From the NCBI RefSeq assembly GCF_001194135.2, contig NC_069000.1, positions 36,143,372 through 36,195,732 on the forward strand: DNA of 52,361 bases, written 5' to 3'. A program made the position numbers and the translations under genes. Under the pieces are notes generated by a model, which saw nothing but the letters and a program-made list of their open reading frames with translations, was not told the origin of the DNA and did no database searches. This DNA is from Octopus bimaculoides (taxonomy: Eukaryota). Below are positions 27,476 to 36,780 of this stretch, one piece after another; position 1 is the stretch's first letter; each line of letters opens with the position of its first letter.

Positions 27476-27518
<43 letters not shown>

Positions 27519-27663
27519 TTCTGCATAGTAATCTCACTCGTGTGTTATTTCTTTCTTTTTATATTTCCATCACAGCATTTTCTTTGATGACACTATAAAC
27601 AGAATTCTAAAAGCTCACAGACAACGCCTGAAACGGTTTGCAGCAGTAGCAAAATATCTCTGA
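4398..27663 (+). CDS. LRRC74A: LRRC74A/B-like protein (RI-type LRRs plus C-terminal EF-hand-like motif), 3' part of gene, 8 exons; 5' exons not found in the window
   Basis: Exons 4398-4484, 7565-7680, 11923-12001, 15966-16055, 17586-17702, 22335-22493, 24697-24749 and 27576-27663 all have AG/GT boundaries and matching phases (0,2,0,0,0,0,2). They join into one open frame ending in TGA. The LRR units and layout resemble LRRC74A from memory; the paralog (A vs B) is not resolved. Confidence 0.75.
4633..4690 (+). mobile_element. Truncated tRNA-like head (same family as the element at 43161-43225)
   Basis: cccgggcatatggcgtagtggtttagagtgcggactactcaccccaagattccgag aligns by eye with cgtagtggttaagagcgcgggctactaaccccaaggttcagag at 43161. 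Confidence 0.7.
4980..5560 (+). mobile_element. Degenerate ORF remnant, possibly the N-terminal part of a Penelope-like element ORF
   Basis: Charged, stop-interrupted frames ([22 protein letters not shown]...[28 protein letters not shown]). The family assignment is from recollection only. Confidence 0.3.
6165..6480 (+). mobile_element. RTE-family 3' tail fragment
   Basis: ggcatgtaaa modules, then aacccatgctagcatggaaaacggacattaaa-(tga)n. Confidence 0.7.
6514..6749 (-). mobile_element. SINE (family with central gtcgac...gcctttcatcc...gataaattaagtacc domain), near full length
   Basis: Related copies at 8493-8700, 14040-14220, 17275-17485, 30590-30680 and 48570-49030. B-box-like gagttcaaattcc on the minus strand. 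Confidence 0.8.
7565..7680 (+). CDS. LRR gene exon: [38 protein letters not shown](A)
   Basis: Long pyrimidine tract, acag|AGA...GC|gtaagt; 116 nt; canonical LxxLDISWNxL LRR. Confidence 0.92.
7765..8120 (-). mobile_element. tRNA-derived SINE (family with internal CA/TG tract; full-length model at 21670-22063)
   Basis: tttcagtca..gactgtggccacgctgaagcacc...(ca)n...ccttaccacacagtc; many related copies in the window. Confidence 0.75.
8215..8830 (-). mobile_element. tRNA-derived SINE with a second-family SINE (~8493-8700) nested inside
   Basis: The host SINE is split at ...ttctttcagttt | ...cagtttctgtctaccaaa, with the other family between the two parts. Confidence 0.75.
8959..10140 (-). mobile_element. 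Degenerate mariner (DD34D-type) transposase element
   Basis: [25 protein letters not shown] (read manually near 9560-9630) and [16 protein letters not shown]...[17 protein letters not shown] (ORF 9029-9397). TA-ttgggttg terminus at 8959; the other end is truncated. Confidence 0.88.
10415..10810 (-). mobile_element. tRNA-derived SINE (same family as 21670-22063)
   Basis: Near-complete reverse-complement copy with (ca)n centre. Confidence 0.8.
11017..11270. mobile_element. hAT (Charlie-like) MITE
   Basis: Terminal cagtggttctca...tgggaaccactt inverted repeats; no exact 8-bp TSD seen. Confidence 0.6.
11524..11767. repeat. 27-bp minisatellite, about 9 copies (consensus ccactgatgagtcctgcctcgtgcagt)
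   Basis: Units read directly at 11524, 11551, 11578, 11605, 11633, 11660, 11687, 11714 and 11741. Confidence 0.92.
11923..12001 (+). CDS. LRR gene exon: [26 protein letters not shown]
   Basis: tctttcag|C AAT...ATA|gtaagt; 79 nt; incoming phase 2 matches the previous exon. Confidence 0.9.
12913..12978. repeat. (TTC)22 microsatellite
   Basis: Pure trinucleotide run; source of the poly-E ORF 12898-13140. Confidence 0.95.
13126..13345. mobile_element. piggyBac-type MITE, 220 bp
   Basis: TTAA|CCCTTTAGCATT...AATGCTAAAGGG|TTAA: 12-bp TIRs and TTAA TSD. Related copies at ~33862-34040 and ~37610-37800 (reverse). Confidence 0.85.
14368..14614. repeat. Imperfect long inverted repeat (fold-back or MITE-like)
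   Basis: 14368-14455 is the approximate reverse complement of 14525-14614 (core tgcaatatttggacac / gtgtccaaatattgca). Confidence 0.75.
15966..16055 (+). CDS. LRR gene exon: [30 protein letters not shown]
   Basis: tgacag|TTA...CAG|gtatgt; 90 nt; completes an LxILILxxNxI repeat across the junction. Confidence 0.85.
16189..16575 (+). mobile_element. Full-length tRNA-derived SINE with 12-bp TSD
   Basis: A box tggcccagtgg, B box gtttcgattcc, (caa)n end. TSD atgttattactt at 16177-16188 and 16576-16587. Related tail at ~44040-44330. Confidence 0.88.
16950..17230 (-). mobile_element. RTE-family 3' UTR modular region
   Basis: Reverse complement of the modules at 31204-31470. Confidence 0.75.
17586..17702 (+). 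CDS. LRR gene exon: [39 protein letters not shown]
   Basis: ttaacag|GGT...GTG|gtaaat; 117 nt; open, phase 0/0. Confidence 0.75.
18085..18339 (-). mobile_element. tRNA-derived SINE (3' half), running into a (CA)n tract and a gap
   Basis: Reverse complement of the 3' half of 21670-22063. Confidence 0.75.
18490..18670 (+). mobile_element. Possible Helitron-like non-autonomous element 3' end
   Basis: aaatttgaatgaaatcagtttggtagtt...cacacacattctcaattttatatata, resuming as tatatagatagat after the LTR. It resembles Helitron/HINE-type ends from memory. Confidence 0.4.
18671..19713 (-). mobile_element. Candidate solo LTR (1043 bp)
   Basis: TGTA...TACA termini with TATA on both flanks; CpG-rich interior. 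On the minus strand, in order: E-box (19601-19608), CCAAT (19538-19542), TATA-like (19466-19473), AATAAA (18876-18881). Confidence 0.65.
20090..20430 (-). mobile_element. Mariner-type remnant
   Basis: gaggtctgatcaaaaagtattg terminus-like sequence followed by degenerate transposase C-terminal coding sequence. Confidence 0.5.
20673..21200 (-). mobile_element. RTE-clade LINE ORF C-terminal fragment (second family)
   Basis: ORF 20673-21293: [40 protein letters not shown]...FVGHFLR...RGRQRMK, typical RTE C-terminal motifs (YG.E.W, GH..R, RGR). Confidence 0.88.
21670..22063 (+). mobile_element. Full-length tRNA-derived SINE
   Basis: Head ggtgtaggagtggctatgtggtaag...ggttctgtccc, ccttgggcaagtgtcttctactatagcc domain, (TA)/(TG) centre, tail ...gactcaaacaagtaaaagagta. 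Confidence 0.88.
22335..22493 (+). CDS. LRR gene exon with EF-hand-like loop: [53 protein letters not shown]
   Basis: attgcag|CTT...TTG|gtaaga; 159 nt; F..ID.S.NG.L...T pattern. Confidence 0.85.
22890..23575 (+). mobile_element. RTE LINE 3' end (C-terminal coding region and tail)
   Basis: [33 protein letters not shown], then the family tail ending in (gat)n. Confidence 0.85.
24697..24749 (+). CDS. LRR gene candidate small exon: [17 protein letters not shown](V)
   Basis: tttctttag|AAT...GT|gtaaga; 53 nt. It is the only phase 0-to-2 candidate I found that bridges the neighbouring exons; other exons could be hidden in gaps. Confidence 0.55.
27576..27663 (+). CDS. LRR gene terminal coding exon: [28 protein letters not shown]
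   Basis: Strong pyrimidine tract, cacag|C ATT...TGA; incoming phase 2. Confidence 0.75.
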
Positions 27664-27889
27664 AGCTACATTTTCAATGCTGAATAAGAGATTTGCACAT
27701 CAATACAACACACATTATGTGTATATAGATAGATATATAGATAGATAGATATAAAAACATACATGGATTATATATATTGTATTGAGTCAAAAGTTTAGCA
27801 ATATCTTTGTAACTTAATTGCTTTATTCACCAAGTTACTACAAAAGCAGTCTAGCATTCATAGTAGAGGCCACTGTGTTGCACTGTCTG

Positions 27890-28430
27890 AAGCCCCCTTT
27901 CTGCCAGTTCTTTGATTCCATGCTGGTACCAGCTCTTATCATTCAAGGTGAAAAACTCTTTGACAATGGAACATCATGAGAGAAGGAAGTGAGCCATGGA
28001 TCAGAACAAGTAATAATCCAAGGGAGATATTTTTCTGCAATCCTAATATGCATAAACAGTGGTTAAGCAAAGGCCAGCTTCCAGAACCTTTCACCAAACA
28101 TGTGTATTTCAAACAGAAAGTGATGCTCCCTGTCTGATAGAATTATGAGGGGATAATTTGCTACAAGTTCATTCCGGACTTGAACCATTGATACCAACCT
28201 GTACTCTGAACAGATGGCACAGATGTATGCTACTGAGTGGCAAAAATAGCCAGCATTGGTTAACAGAAAGTGAGCTCTTCTGCACAAGACTTCATACCAC
28301 TCAAACAACCTGAAATAAACTCCAGGAACTTAGAGGAATTGAACTGATGTCACATCCAGTATATAGACATGACCTAGCTCCCTTGGATTATTACTTGCTC
28401 CAGTCTATGGCTCCCTTCCTGTGCTTGCAA
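27890..28430 (-). mobile_element. Degenerate mariner transposase remnant
   Basis: ...LSDREHHFLFEIHMFGERF-like frames; stop-riddled. Confidence 0.5.
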
Positions 28431-29329
28431 CACTTCATTAACCAAGGGGAAGTGGCAGTTTAAGTGAAGGAGTACTTTGCCTCGAGAGACAAGAACTAGT
28501 ACCAGCATGGGACCAAAGAAATGGTAGAGTAATGGCTTCAGACGGTGCAGCACAATGGCCACTACTTTGAATGCTAGGCTGCTTTTGTTGTAACTTGAAT
28601 ATTGCAAAGCTTTTCACTCAACACAATATTTATATAAAATACACACATGGATTGCATATATATATTTATATCAAACACACACACATGGATTTTACATATA
28701 CAAAGACATGTGTATTAATTATAAATATATATATTCAAATTCAATTAGAAACAAGATACTAAATTTGCTGCCATTAGAAAACCCTACCCCAACAGAAACC
28801 AAAGAAACTGCTCATACGAAATAAATTCTAAAGATAAGACAGAGAAGAGAGACAACACAACACTATTTATAGAAGCTGATATGTGAATATCTAAGAAAAA
28901 CAAAATCTCAAAATTCTCCGTGGTATATTAAACAGAAACTAGAAATTTGTTGATTCTTCAAGAATTCTTATTTGAAGTTATGTCTGGGGAGAGTCATACT
29001 GCCTTAATATTTGAAGCGAAAGCTAAAGCCAAAAGATGTTTATCAACTATCAGTGACTTAAAAAAAAAAAAATTTTATGTGCTTTTTTTTTTGCTTGAAA
29101 CATTTAAAAAATTTCTACCATTTTGTAATTCATTTTTGTTGTTAAATATAAATAGAAAAAGTAAATAAAGAAATGTATTTTTTTAATGTATATATTCATA
29201 ACAGCTTGTTATATTTTGTATTGCACTGCAATAGCAATAAATTTGTTTACTTCTATATATGCTTTCATGAGTAAAGTAGGCCATGAAAAAAATACTGATA
29301 ATGTAAGTTGTTAAATGCATGCTTCTGTG

Positions 29330-29690
29330 TTTATGTTCTACGTGACAACAAGGCACCCTGACACTGAGCTCTCCTCACTCACGAGTTTCTCACTAAAAAC
29401 ATGGTATCACTTCTGCACCCACCCTATTCACCAGATTTGGCAGCTGCGGAATTTCATCTCTTCCCCCAGGTGAAAAGGCAACTCAAGGGTTGCTATTTTA
29501 ACACCATGGTCATGATCCAGAGTGAATTGTAGAAGGTGTTTGACTTGCTTACAGATTCCAAAAGTGGCAGGAATGCTGGTGCATTGCTGCACAAGGTGAC
29601 TATTTCAAAGGAGATGATGTTAAAATTAGGTAAATAAGTTATTTTTTTTTATTAAACTTGAGTAGCCTGGGAACCTTTTCATGTCCAGAA
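29330..29690 (+). mobile_element. Mariner 3' remnant
   Basis: LLHPPYSPDLAAAEFHLFPQVKRQLKG (YSPDL motif) read at ~29410-29490. Confidence 0.8.
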
Positions 29691-31109
29691 GCACAAAACT
29701 GGCTATAGTAAGAAACAAATTTATATTAAAAATTAGCCATTCCCTCAAAAACAAAAACTACTTACTCTCCCTTTACACTAAGTGAAAGGTTCTTTTAGGT
29801 CTTTTAACCGTTTTGATTCCAACTCACTTGAGACTGCCTCAGGTTCTACAACACAAACTCCTTGTTTTAAAGAGATCGAAATTAAAATCTTCCAAACACC
29901 AGCTTAATGATGACAAAGGTATTTCACTAAATTCTTCATTGTGTATTTCAACAGAAATATGGTAAACAAAAGAGTTAATAGCTAGTTTTAATAAAGTAGG
30001 CATAAGGCCATGCTCAGGGCTGCATTCAGTTATAACTGAATTTGGTATTTAACTGGTATTTATTTTATTGATTGTGAAATGAAGAAAGGTGAAACCAACC
30101 AAGATGAGACTTGAATCTAGAAAATAAGGCAACATAATTAAAGACTATCAGAAACTGTTTTTCCCAGTCTACCTTCTCATGGTTGTAACATAAATATACA
30201 ACACTCATTTCATTTGATTAACCATACGACTGACTTTTATAACAGGAGTTGAAATACTCTTCAATATTTTACTGGTACTTATTTTATCATCATATTTACA
30301 TTGTATTTTACCCAAGAGAGATAAAAGTTTAATTCGGTCTTACCAAAAACCAGTAGTGATTTCTCTGAACTACATTCACACCAGTAGCTAAAACATCACA
30401 GAATGTTTATTTAGTTCATTCTGAATAAACAGTAATCATTTCTTCTTCACTAGGTTAGATGTTAGGCAGATGGTTGTTATAGCTTTAAGAAAGATCTGAA
30501 ATGGGTCATAAATGAAATGGTTATAAATCATTTCAAATTTTAGCACAAGGCCTGCAATTTTGGAAGAAAGAGAATAATTGAAATATTGACCCTGAAAGGA
30601 TGAAAGGTAAAGTCGACTTTGGCAGAAAGAACCAGAAGAACTACCTGACACACTGATGAATCTGCCAGCTCACTGCCTTTGAAAGAACAGCTTTCACTAA
30701 GAATATACAATACTGATTCTTTATACAACAGATATAAGGCATTAGATTTTTATAAAAGAGGGAATAGCAAATGTAAGGTTCAAAAGTTTTTCATGAATGC
30801 AAATAGCTGCATAAATGAATCAAAATGGCTGCAATTAGTATATAAAATGGGTCATAATTAGCTTGAATATATTCAAAATTCAAAATGTTCAAGCCAAGGC
30901 CATCACATCTTAATTTCCAGACTTTCAGGACATTATCAAAAAGTGTTCTTAATTTTTTTTTAAATGGCAGGATTTAATTTAAGTGAGATTTGAAAACTAT
31001 TTCTAGCAAGACAAACTGCTAAATAAAGGCTCTTTTGTTGGCAGTTTATCTGTGGAAAGTCAGTTTGGTAGACACCATCCTTCTTCAAGATGATTTGAAT
31101 TTAGCAGGC

Positions 31110-31725
31110 ACCCATGCCAACATCTTCATTGAACACTGATCTCGGCTTGCGAAGACCTGTTGGGGCGAAATCGTGATGGCACCAGTAGCAGTAACTCACT
31201 AAGAGCACTGTCCGAGCGTGATCATTGCCAGAGCACCAGATGCCTGGCTTCATGCTGGTGGCACGTAAATAGCACCATTTGAGTGTGACCATTAGCAATG
31301 TCGCCTTCCTGGCACTTGTGCCAGTGGCACGTGAAAAGACATTCGAGCGAGTCCGTTGCCAGTCCTGCTGGACTGGCTCCTGTGCAGGTGGCATGTAAAA
31401 TACACCATTTCGAGCGTGGTCGTTGCCAGTACCGCCTGGCTGGCCTTCGTGCCGGTGGCACGTAAAAGCACCCACTACACTCTCTGAGTGGTTGGCGTTA
31501 GGAAGGGCATCCAGCTGTATAAACTCTGCCAAATCAGATTNNNNNNNNNNCCACTACACTCTCTGAGTGGTTGGCGTTAGGAAGGGCATCCAGCTGTATA
31601 AACTCTGCCAAATCAGATTGGAGCCTGGTGTAGCCATCTGGTTCACCAGTCTTCAGTCAAATCGTCCAACCCATGCTAGCATGGAAAGCGGACGTTAAAC
31701 GATGATGATGATGATGATGATGCTT
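31110..31725 (+). mobile_element. RTE-family 3' UTR with four ~65-bp modules and (GAT)n tail
   Basis: Well-preserved copy; contains a 69-bp artefactual duplication across the 10-N gap. Confidence 0.85.
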
Positions 31726-34655
31726 GAAATATTCCACTGTACCTATTAACTGTTCAAGGACAGAGTTAACTCCATTGAGGCTAATTGTACAATAAACAAC
31801 AGTATTTAAACAATATCTGCTATGCAAGTAGGAAATTAAATAGTCACTAAGCAGAATTTTAGATTAATAACATTAATTATTTACGTCTGCAAATATTATC
31901 CAGCCTAACACTGGATGGCTGTTTGAAATTAGAGTGCTGAATTAGTGTTTTGAATTAGCATTTAGACTTAATTATCTCCTTAGGCCTGGAAATACCAGAT
32001 TCATATATATATATAAGCTGTTTAGACATTTTGTTATAGACAGTATGCAGAGTAGCTTTGGTGTATGTATGAGGTGGAGGGAGGGAGAGAAGCAACGGTT
32101 AATTATAAATTACACTCAGAAACATGTACAATATGTTTGAATGTGCACCAAGCATATTTCACTTATCATTGCTTAGCGCTCCCCCTCCGTAATTTACTTA
32201 CGGTGAGCCACCGTATAGCACTGCCAGTCATTGTACGATGACTGGAAAAACATAAGAGAAGTAATGTCTTAATTTGCAGTGTTGTCTGCTTAGTGTCTGT
32301 GACCAATGAGATAACTGCTCCAAAATGCTAGCACCTTACAGTCCAGGTAGCTGATCTAGGTGTATACACATCATTTGTCAACAAGCGAGATATATTCTCC
32401 ATGACAAAACACAGAGAGTAGCTTGTTCCCCAGTTCGGACATGCATCAAGCATACTTGGACTAATAATAACATTGCAACAACATGAGGGGGTACCAAAAA
32501 GTTCTTGGCTTTAAGTGTATTACAAAAGGCCTCATTGGAGGCCCAACCTTCCGAGTTCTTTTACAGGGCTTAGAAAAACTGAAGGACCACTGCAATAAGT
32601 GTGTGAATCTGAGAGGGGAAACATGCATATACTCATCACATTTTCTCATTAATTAAGGTTTTAAACAAAACAATTTTCACTGCAAGACAGTGTATGTTTA
32701 TAGATATGTAATAGATTGATTGAATTTGTAAGGGATTTTGGGAATAACAGCTCTGATATGAAAATACAATATTGGTTTTATAGAGGCACAGATACAATTT
32801 TTTAAAAGTGAGATAAAGGTGGGGATGTAACTTATTGAATTGAACACATGGAAGCAAAGTTCAACTCACTAAGAGTTTATCATCATCACTATAAGCATCA
32901 TCATCATTATGTAATGTCTGTCTTCCATGCTAGTATGGGGTGGACTGTCCAGCAGGACCTGATGAGCCAGAGGACTGTGTCAAGTTCCAATGCCTTGTTT
33001 GGCAATGTTTCTTCAGCTGGATGCTCTTCCTAATACCAACAACTTTACAGAGTGTATTGGCTGCTTTTTTTTATAGCACCAGCACTCCTGAGGTTGCCAA
33101 GTAACTTGTCAGAAAAAAAAAAGTGAGAGTGTAGTAGAGAGTGGGGATGGCTTTATGCCAGGCATTGAGAAGCTACTTGTATGATAGGGGGGCAAGGAAC
33201 AGGTGTCTTGTTGTAGAGGAGATACATGGCTATTGTGCATTATATAACAGTATATGGGAATACCGGGAGAGAGAAATATAGATGGAGGTGATCTGGTACC
33301 CTGAGGGCATACCATTCTATATAATACTATATACTATATTCTATATAAGGCACAAGGCCTGAAATTTAGGGGACTGGTGAGACTGATTCAATTAATACCA
33401 GTACTCAACTGACATTTATTTTTATCAATGTCAGAAAGATAAAAAAACAAAGATGACTTCAGTGAAATTTCATTTCAGAACAAAGTAAAAAAGATCTCCT
33501 TTGGTCATGAATGACCATGGAATTGCACCTAAAAAGTCACCCTCTGAGGTACAAGTCCAAGCAAGGTTGTTTTTTATGGAAGACCAGTAGTTACCCATGC
33601 ATACCAGCCTTCCCTCCCTGTGCTGCCAATGTTATCCAAAGGAAAGGCAAAGGCCAGTACAGCTTGGCACCAGTGACTTTGCAACTCATTTCTGCAGCTG
33701 AGTGAACTGGAGCAACGTAAAATAAAATATCTTGCTCAAGAACACAACACAGCTTGGTCCGAGAATCCAACTTACTACCTCATAATTGTGAGCCTGACAC
33801 TCTAACCACATTTCAGAATGTAAAGCTACAATATCTAAATACCCTCTTATACCTTACATATTTAATCCTATAGTGTTCAGATTACTCTCTCAAAAATGCA
33901 TTGCTTATTTATTCACATTGTTTTGAGTTAATCATGCATTATCTCATAGCTTTGAGATTTTGATGATGACATTGAAAGGTAGATGTGAGGGACTAGATCT
34001 GACCAGTTTGAACATGTCCAGTTTAAATGCTAAAGGGTAAAATGCTTTCATACAATGACAGCTATCTTGCTTAAAGAGAACTCTAATATCAAAAGTAATC
34101 AGAACCATCAACAACTCTATCTTTAGTTGTATTGGCTTGACTTTTGAAAACTCTGACATTTATTTCTATTCTAACAAGATGAAATGATGATATAACAAAG
34201 CATTTAAAAATATATGGCAGTATCTGTTATTGTTGATAAGCTCCAAGTGAAACCTAAAGCCTTTCTTCCTTCCTTCTTTCTACTACTGAATTGCACCAGG
34301 CTCTACAAGAGAAGGGTTACATATCTTGTTAATTATTAGACTTGTGTAGCATTGTTCCTAGGATGACATCTAAATATGCCCATTTTTCTTAACATGATAA
34401 AATATGATTTAAATGAGATTTTACAGCAATTTTTAGCTAGCAGAATGACTCACATAGAAATTCCTTCATTGACTAGGTGCCACAGTGTAACCTGAATATA
34501 ATTTTCCCCCAAGATTATTGAGTACTGCGTTATCAAGGCAATCCCAAATGGGTTAAATTCAAAGTGAAGTAAGAAAATATCTCTAATAGATTAACACATA
34601 CAAAAAGAATGTTAAGAATGTTAAGAGGTTAGAAACATTCTAAAAAAACCCAGTT

Positions 34656-34840
34656 TAGTACAGGGTGACCCCAAAAACACAGAACCCACAAATCTTTGAA
34701 TAAAACAATGCAGAGGGTTAGATCCAGATGAACAGTGGTTCCAGCAAGATGGGGCCAGCTCCCACGCATCAGATGACTCCCTAGCCTGGCTGAGAGAGTG
34801 ATTTCAGGAGAGACTGAAATCTGGTGCCATTTATTCCTGG
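34656..34840 (+). mobile_element. Tc1/mariner-superfamily remnant
   Basis: tacagggtg terminus-like sequence and WFQQDGASSHASDDSLAWLRE motif. Confidence 0.7.
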
Positions 34841-34940
34841 ATATGTACATGATCCTAGCCGGATTTGAACCTATACAATGGACATGTAAATATTTACTAT
34901 GTATATATATATACACACACACACGCACCTCTCTCTCTCT

Positions 34941-34977
<37 letters not shown>

Positions 34978-35129
34978 GCTATATATATACATACACACAC
35001 AGACATACAAATATTGTAAATATGTGCATGTATATGTATATACACACACACAACTATATAAACTGTAGATATATAAATATAGTAAATATACACTGCATTA
35101 AGTTGATGTTAATAGAGGAGTAAATTAAT

Positions 35130-36135
35130 TTAAAAACTTATCTTTGCATGTTGTAAAACGGATATTTGAGTGAATGTTTTGAAGCCAAAGTCACATTTGT
35201 AAAAGTGTTTTACACTGTGTCTCTTAAGATGTCGCTTTAAAGAGTTGTCAGAAACAAACTGACAGGAACACACTTGGCATACGTGAACAGAATTATTAGG
35301 ATGAGATTCTTTGTGGCGATTTAGAAGTTCTACGGAATTGGAAAAACTTTCAGAACAATGAAGACAAGTGTGGCGTTTTCCATTGTGTTGGTAATCTATA
35401 AAATGTCATAGAATGCTTCCAAAGATTTCGATAATAACTGATAGTGGCACGAAGTCTTTAATCTAATGTGACTCTGAAGGTGACGCAAGTAAATTTTTGT
35501 TGTGATGTAAGACTTGGAACAATAAGGGCAGCTACTTTTCTGCCTTCTTACTCCAGCATGGGCTGAATTGAAGTGGTTATTGAGGATGTCCGATGATGTA
35601 AATTTTTTGTAGCAGATGTGACGTTTGAACTTTGAATTTTTATTTAACATTTTGATCACTTGAGGAAAGTTTCTGGAAAGTTTCATTATGGTTTTCATTA
35701 CTACTTTTTTATCATTGTTAACTGGAGTTTGGTCACATGGTTCTTCGTTATTAGTGACTGGGTCGTTGTCGTCAATGAGTAATGGGGATTGTGGCATTGA
35801 TATTGACAGTCCATTGTCGTAACACGTTTCAACTGTTGTGTCACAGTTGACAATATTTTGAGGCTCTTTGGCCTTAGCAGATTTGGAAGCAAAACATGTT
35901 GAGGTTTCCCGCAGGTTTGACAGTTCAGTTTTAAGAGCTTGCCGGTACGGTCACCTTTATCACAAATAAAGGAAACATGTACGATTTTTGGTGATATTTT
36001 CTGTGCATACATAGATGTTAGCAATGAACAGCCAGACTGGCCGGAAACCTGGTGTACTGTGTCTTTCATTGGCCTTAAATCAATAAGGATCTCAGTGGTT
36101 TCACTGACCACATAATTGGTGCTACTAGAAGACAT
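35130..36135 (-). pseudogene. Disrupted multi-C2H2 zinc-finger gene (about 5-6 fingers, at least 2 frame breaks and an in-frame TGA)
   Basis: Fingers: (R)HICYKKFTSSDILNNHFNSAH; CPYCSKSYITTKIYLRHLQSH; a broken finger (CHY...SF/GSIL*HFIDYQH); CLHCSESFSNSVELLNRHKESH; CQVCSCQFVSDNSLKRHLKRH; degenerate CDFGFKTF. Stop TAA at 35130-35132. Confidence 0.8.
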
Positions 36136-36738
36136 TTTCACAGAACAAACTTTTGAATTACCTGAAATAATGATATGTAACAGTAAATACAAGTTTTTAA
36201 TGAGGTGCTAATTATCGTCTGATGACAAGCTGGAGCAGTGGATTCACTGAAATATTTTCAATGTTGGACAGTATACCAGACAGCAGAAGAGAGAATTAAT
36301 TAATTTAAATATTTCCATGTGTACAAACATACGTTGTTCCATACACTATTTGCAGACCCGCAGTAGATTTGACACAATTTCCTCCACTCCTCATTGGTTG
36401 GAATCAGATGTCACTGAAGAAATTACCAAACTGACAAGTTAATGACCTCGACATCAAGCCGGTGTTGTTTTATAAATGCCCTTCCTAATACCAACCACCC
36501 AACAGAGTGGTCAGTTTTGGGGCAAGGCTTTTACAGCTGGATGCCCTTCTAAATGCCAACCACTTTACAGTGGGGACTGGATGTTTTTTAAGTAGCACCT
36601 GCACTGACAGGGTCATGGCATTGGAGGTGGTGGTCTTGTGTCAGATGATGAAAGGTTACAGTGACACAAAGAAACAGAAACATGTGTGATGTTGGAAAGG
36701 AGATACATGGTTACCCAACCTGAGGGAAATGCAGGAAC

Positions 36739-36780
<42 letters not shown>

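Noticed and set aside
28088-28110. Minus-strand THVW* resembling the Drp1 C-terminus (THLW*)
   Set aside because: It is preceded by an in-frame stop and lies in a mariner remnant; coincidence.
31472-31619. Exact 69-bp direct repeat
   Set aside because: The two copies flank a 10-N gap, so these are overlapping contig ends (assembly artefact).
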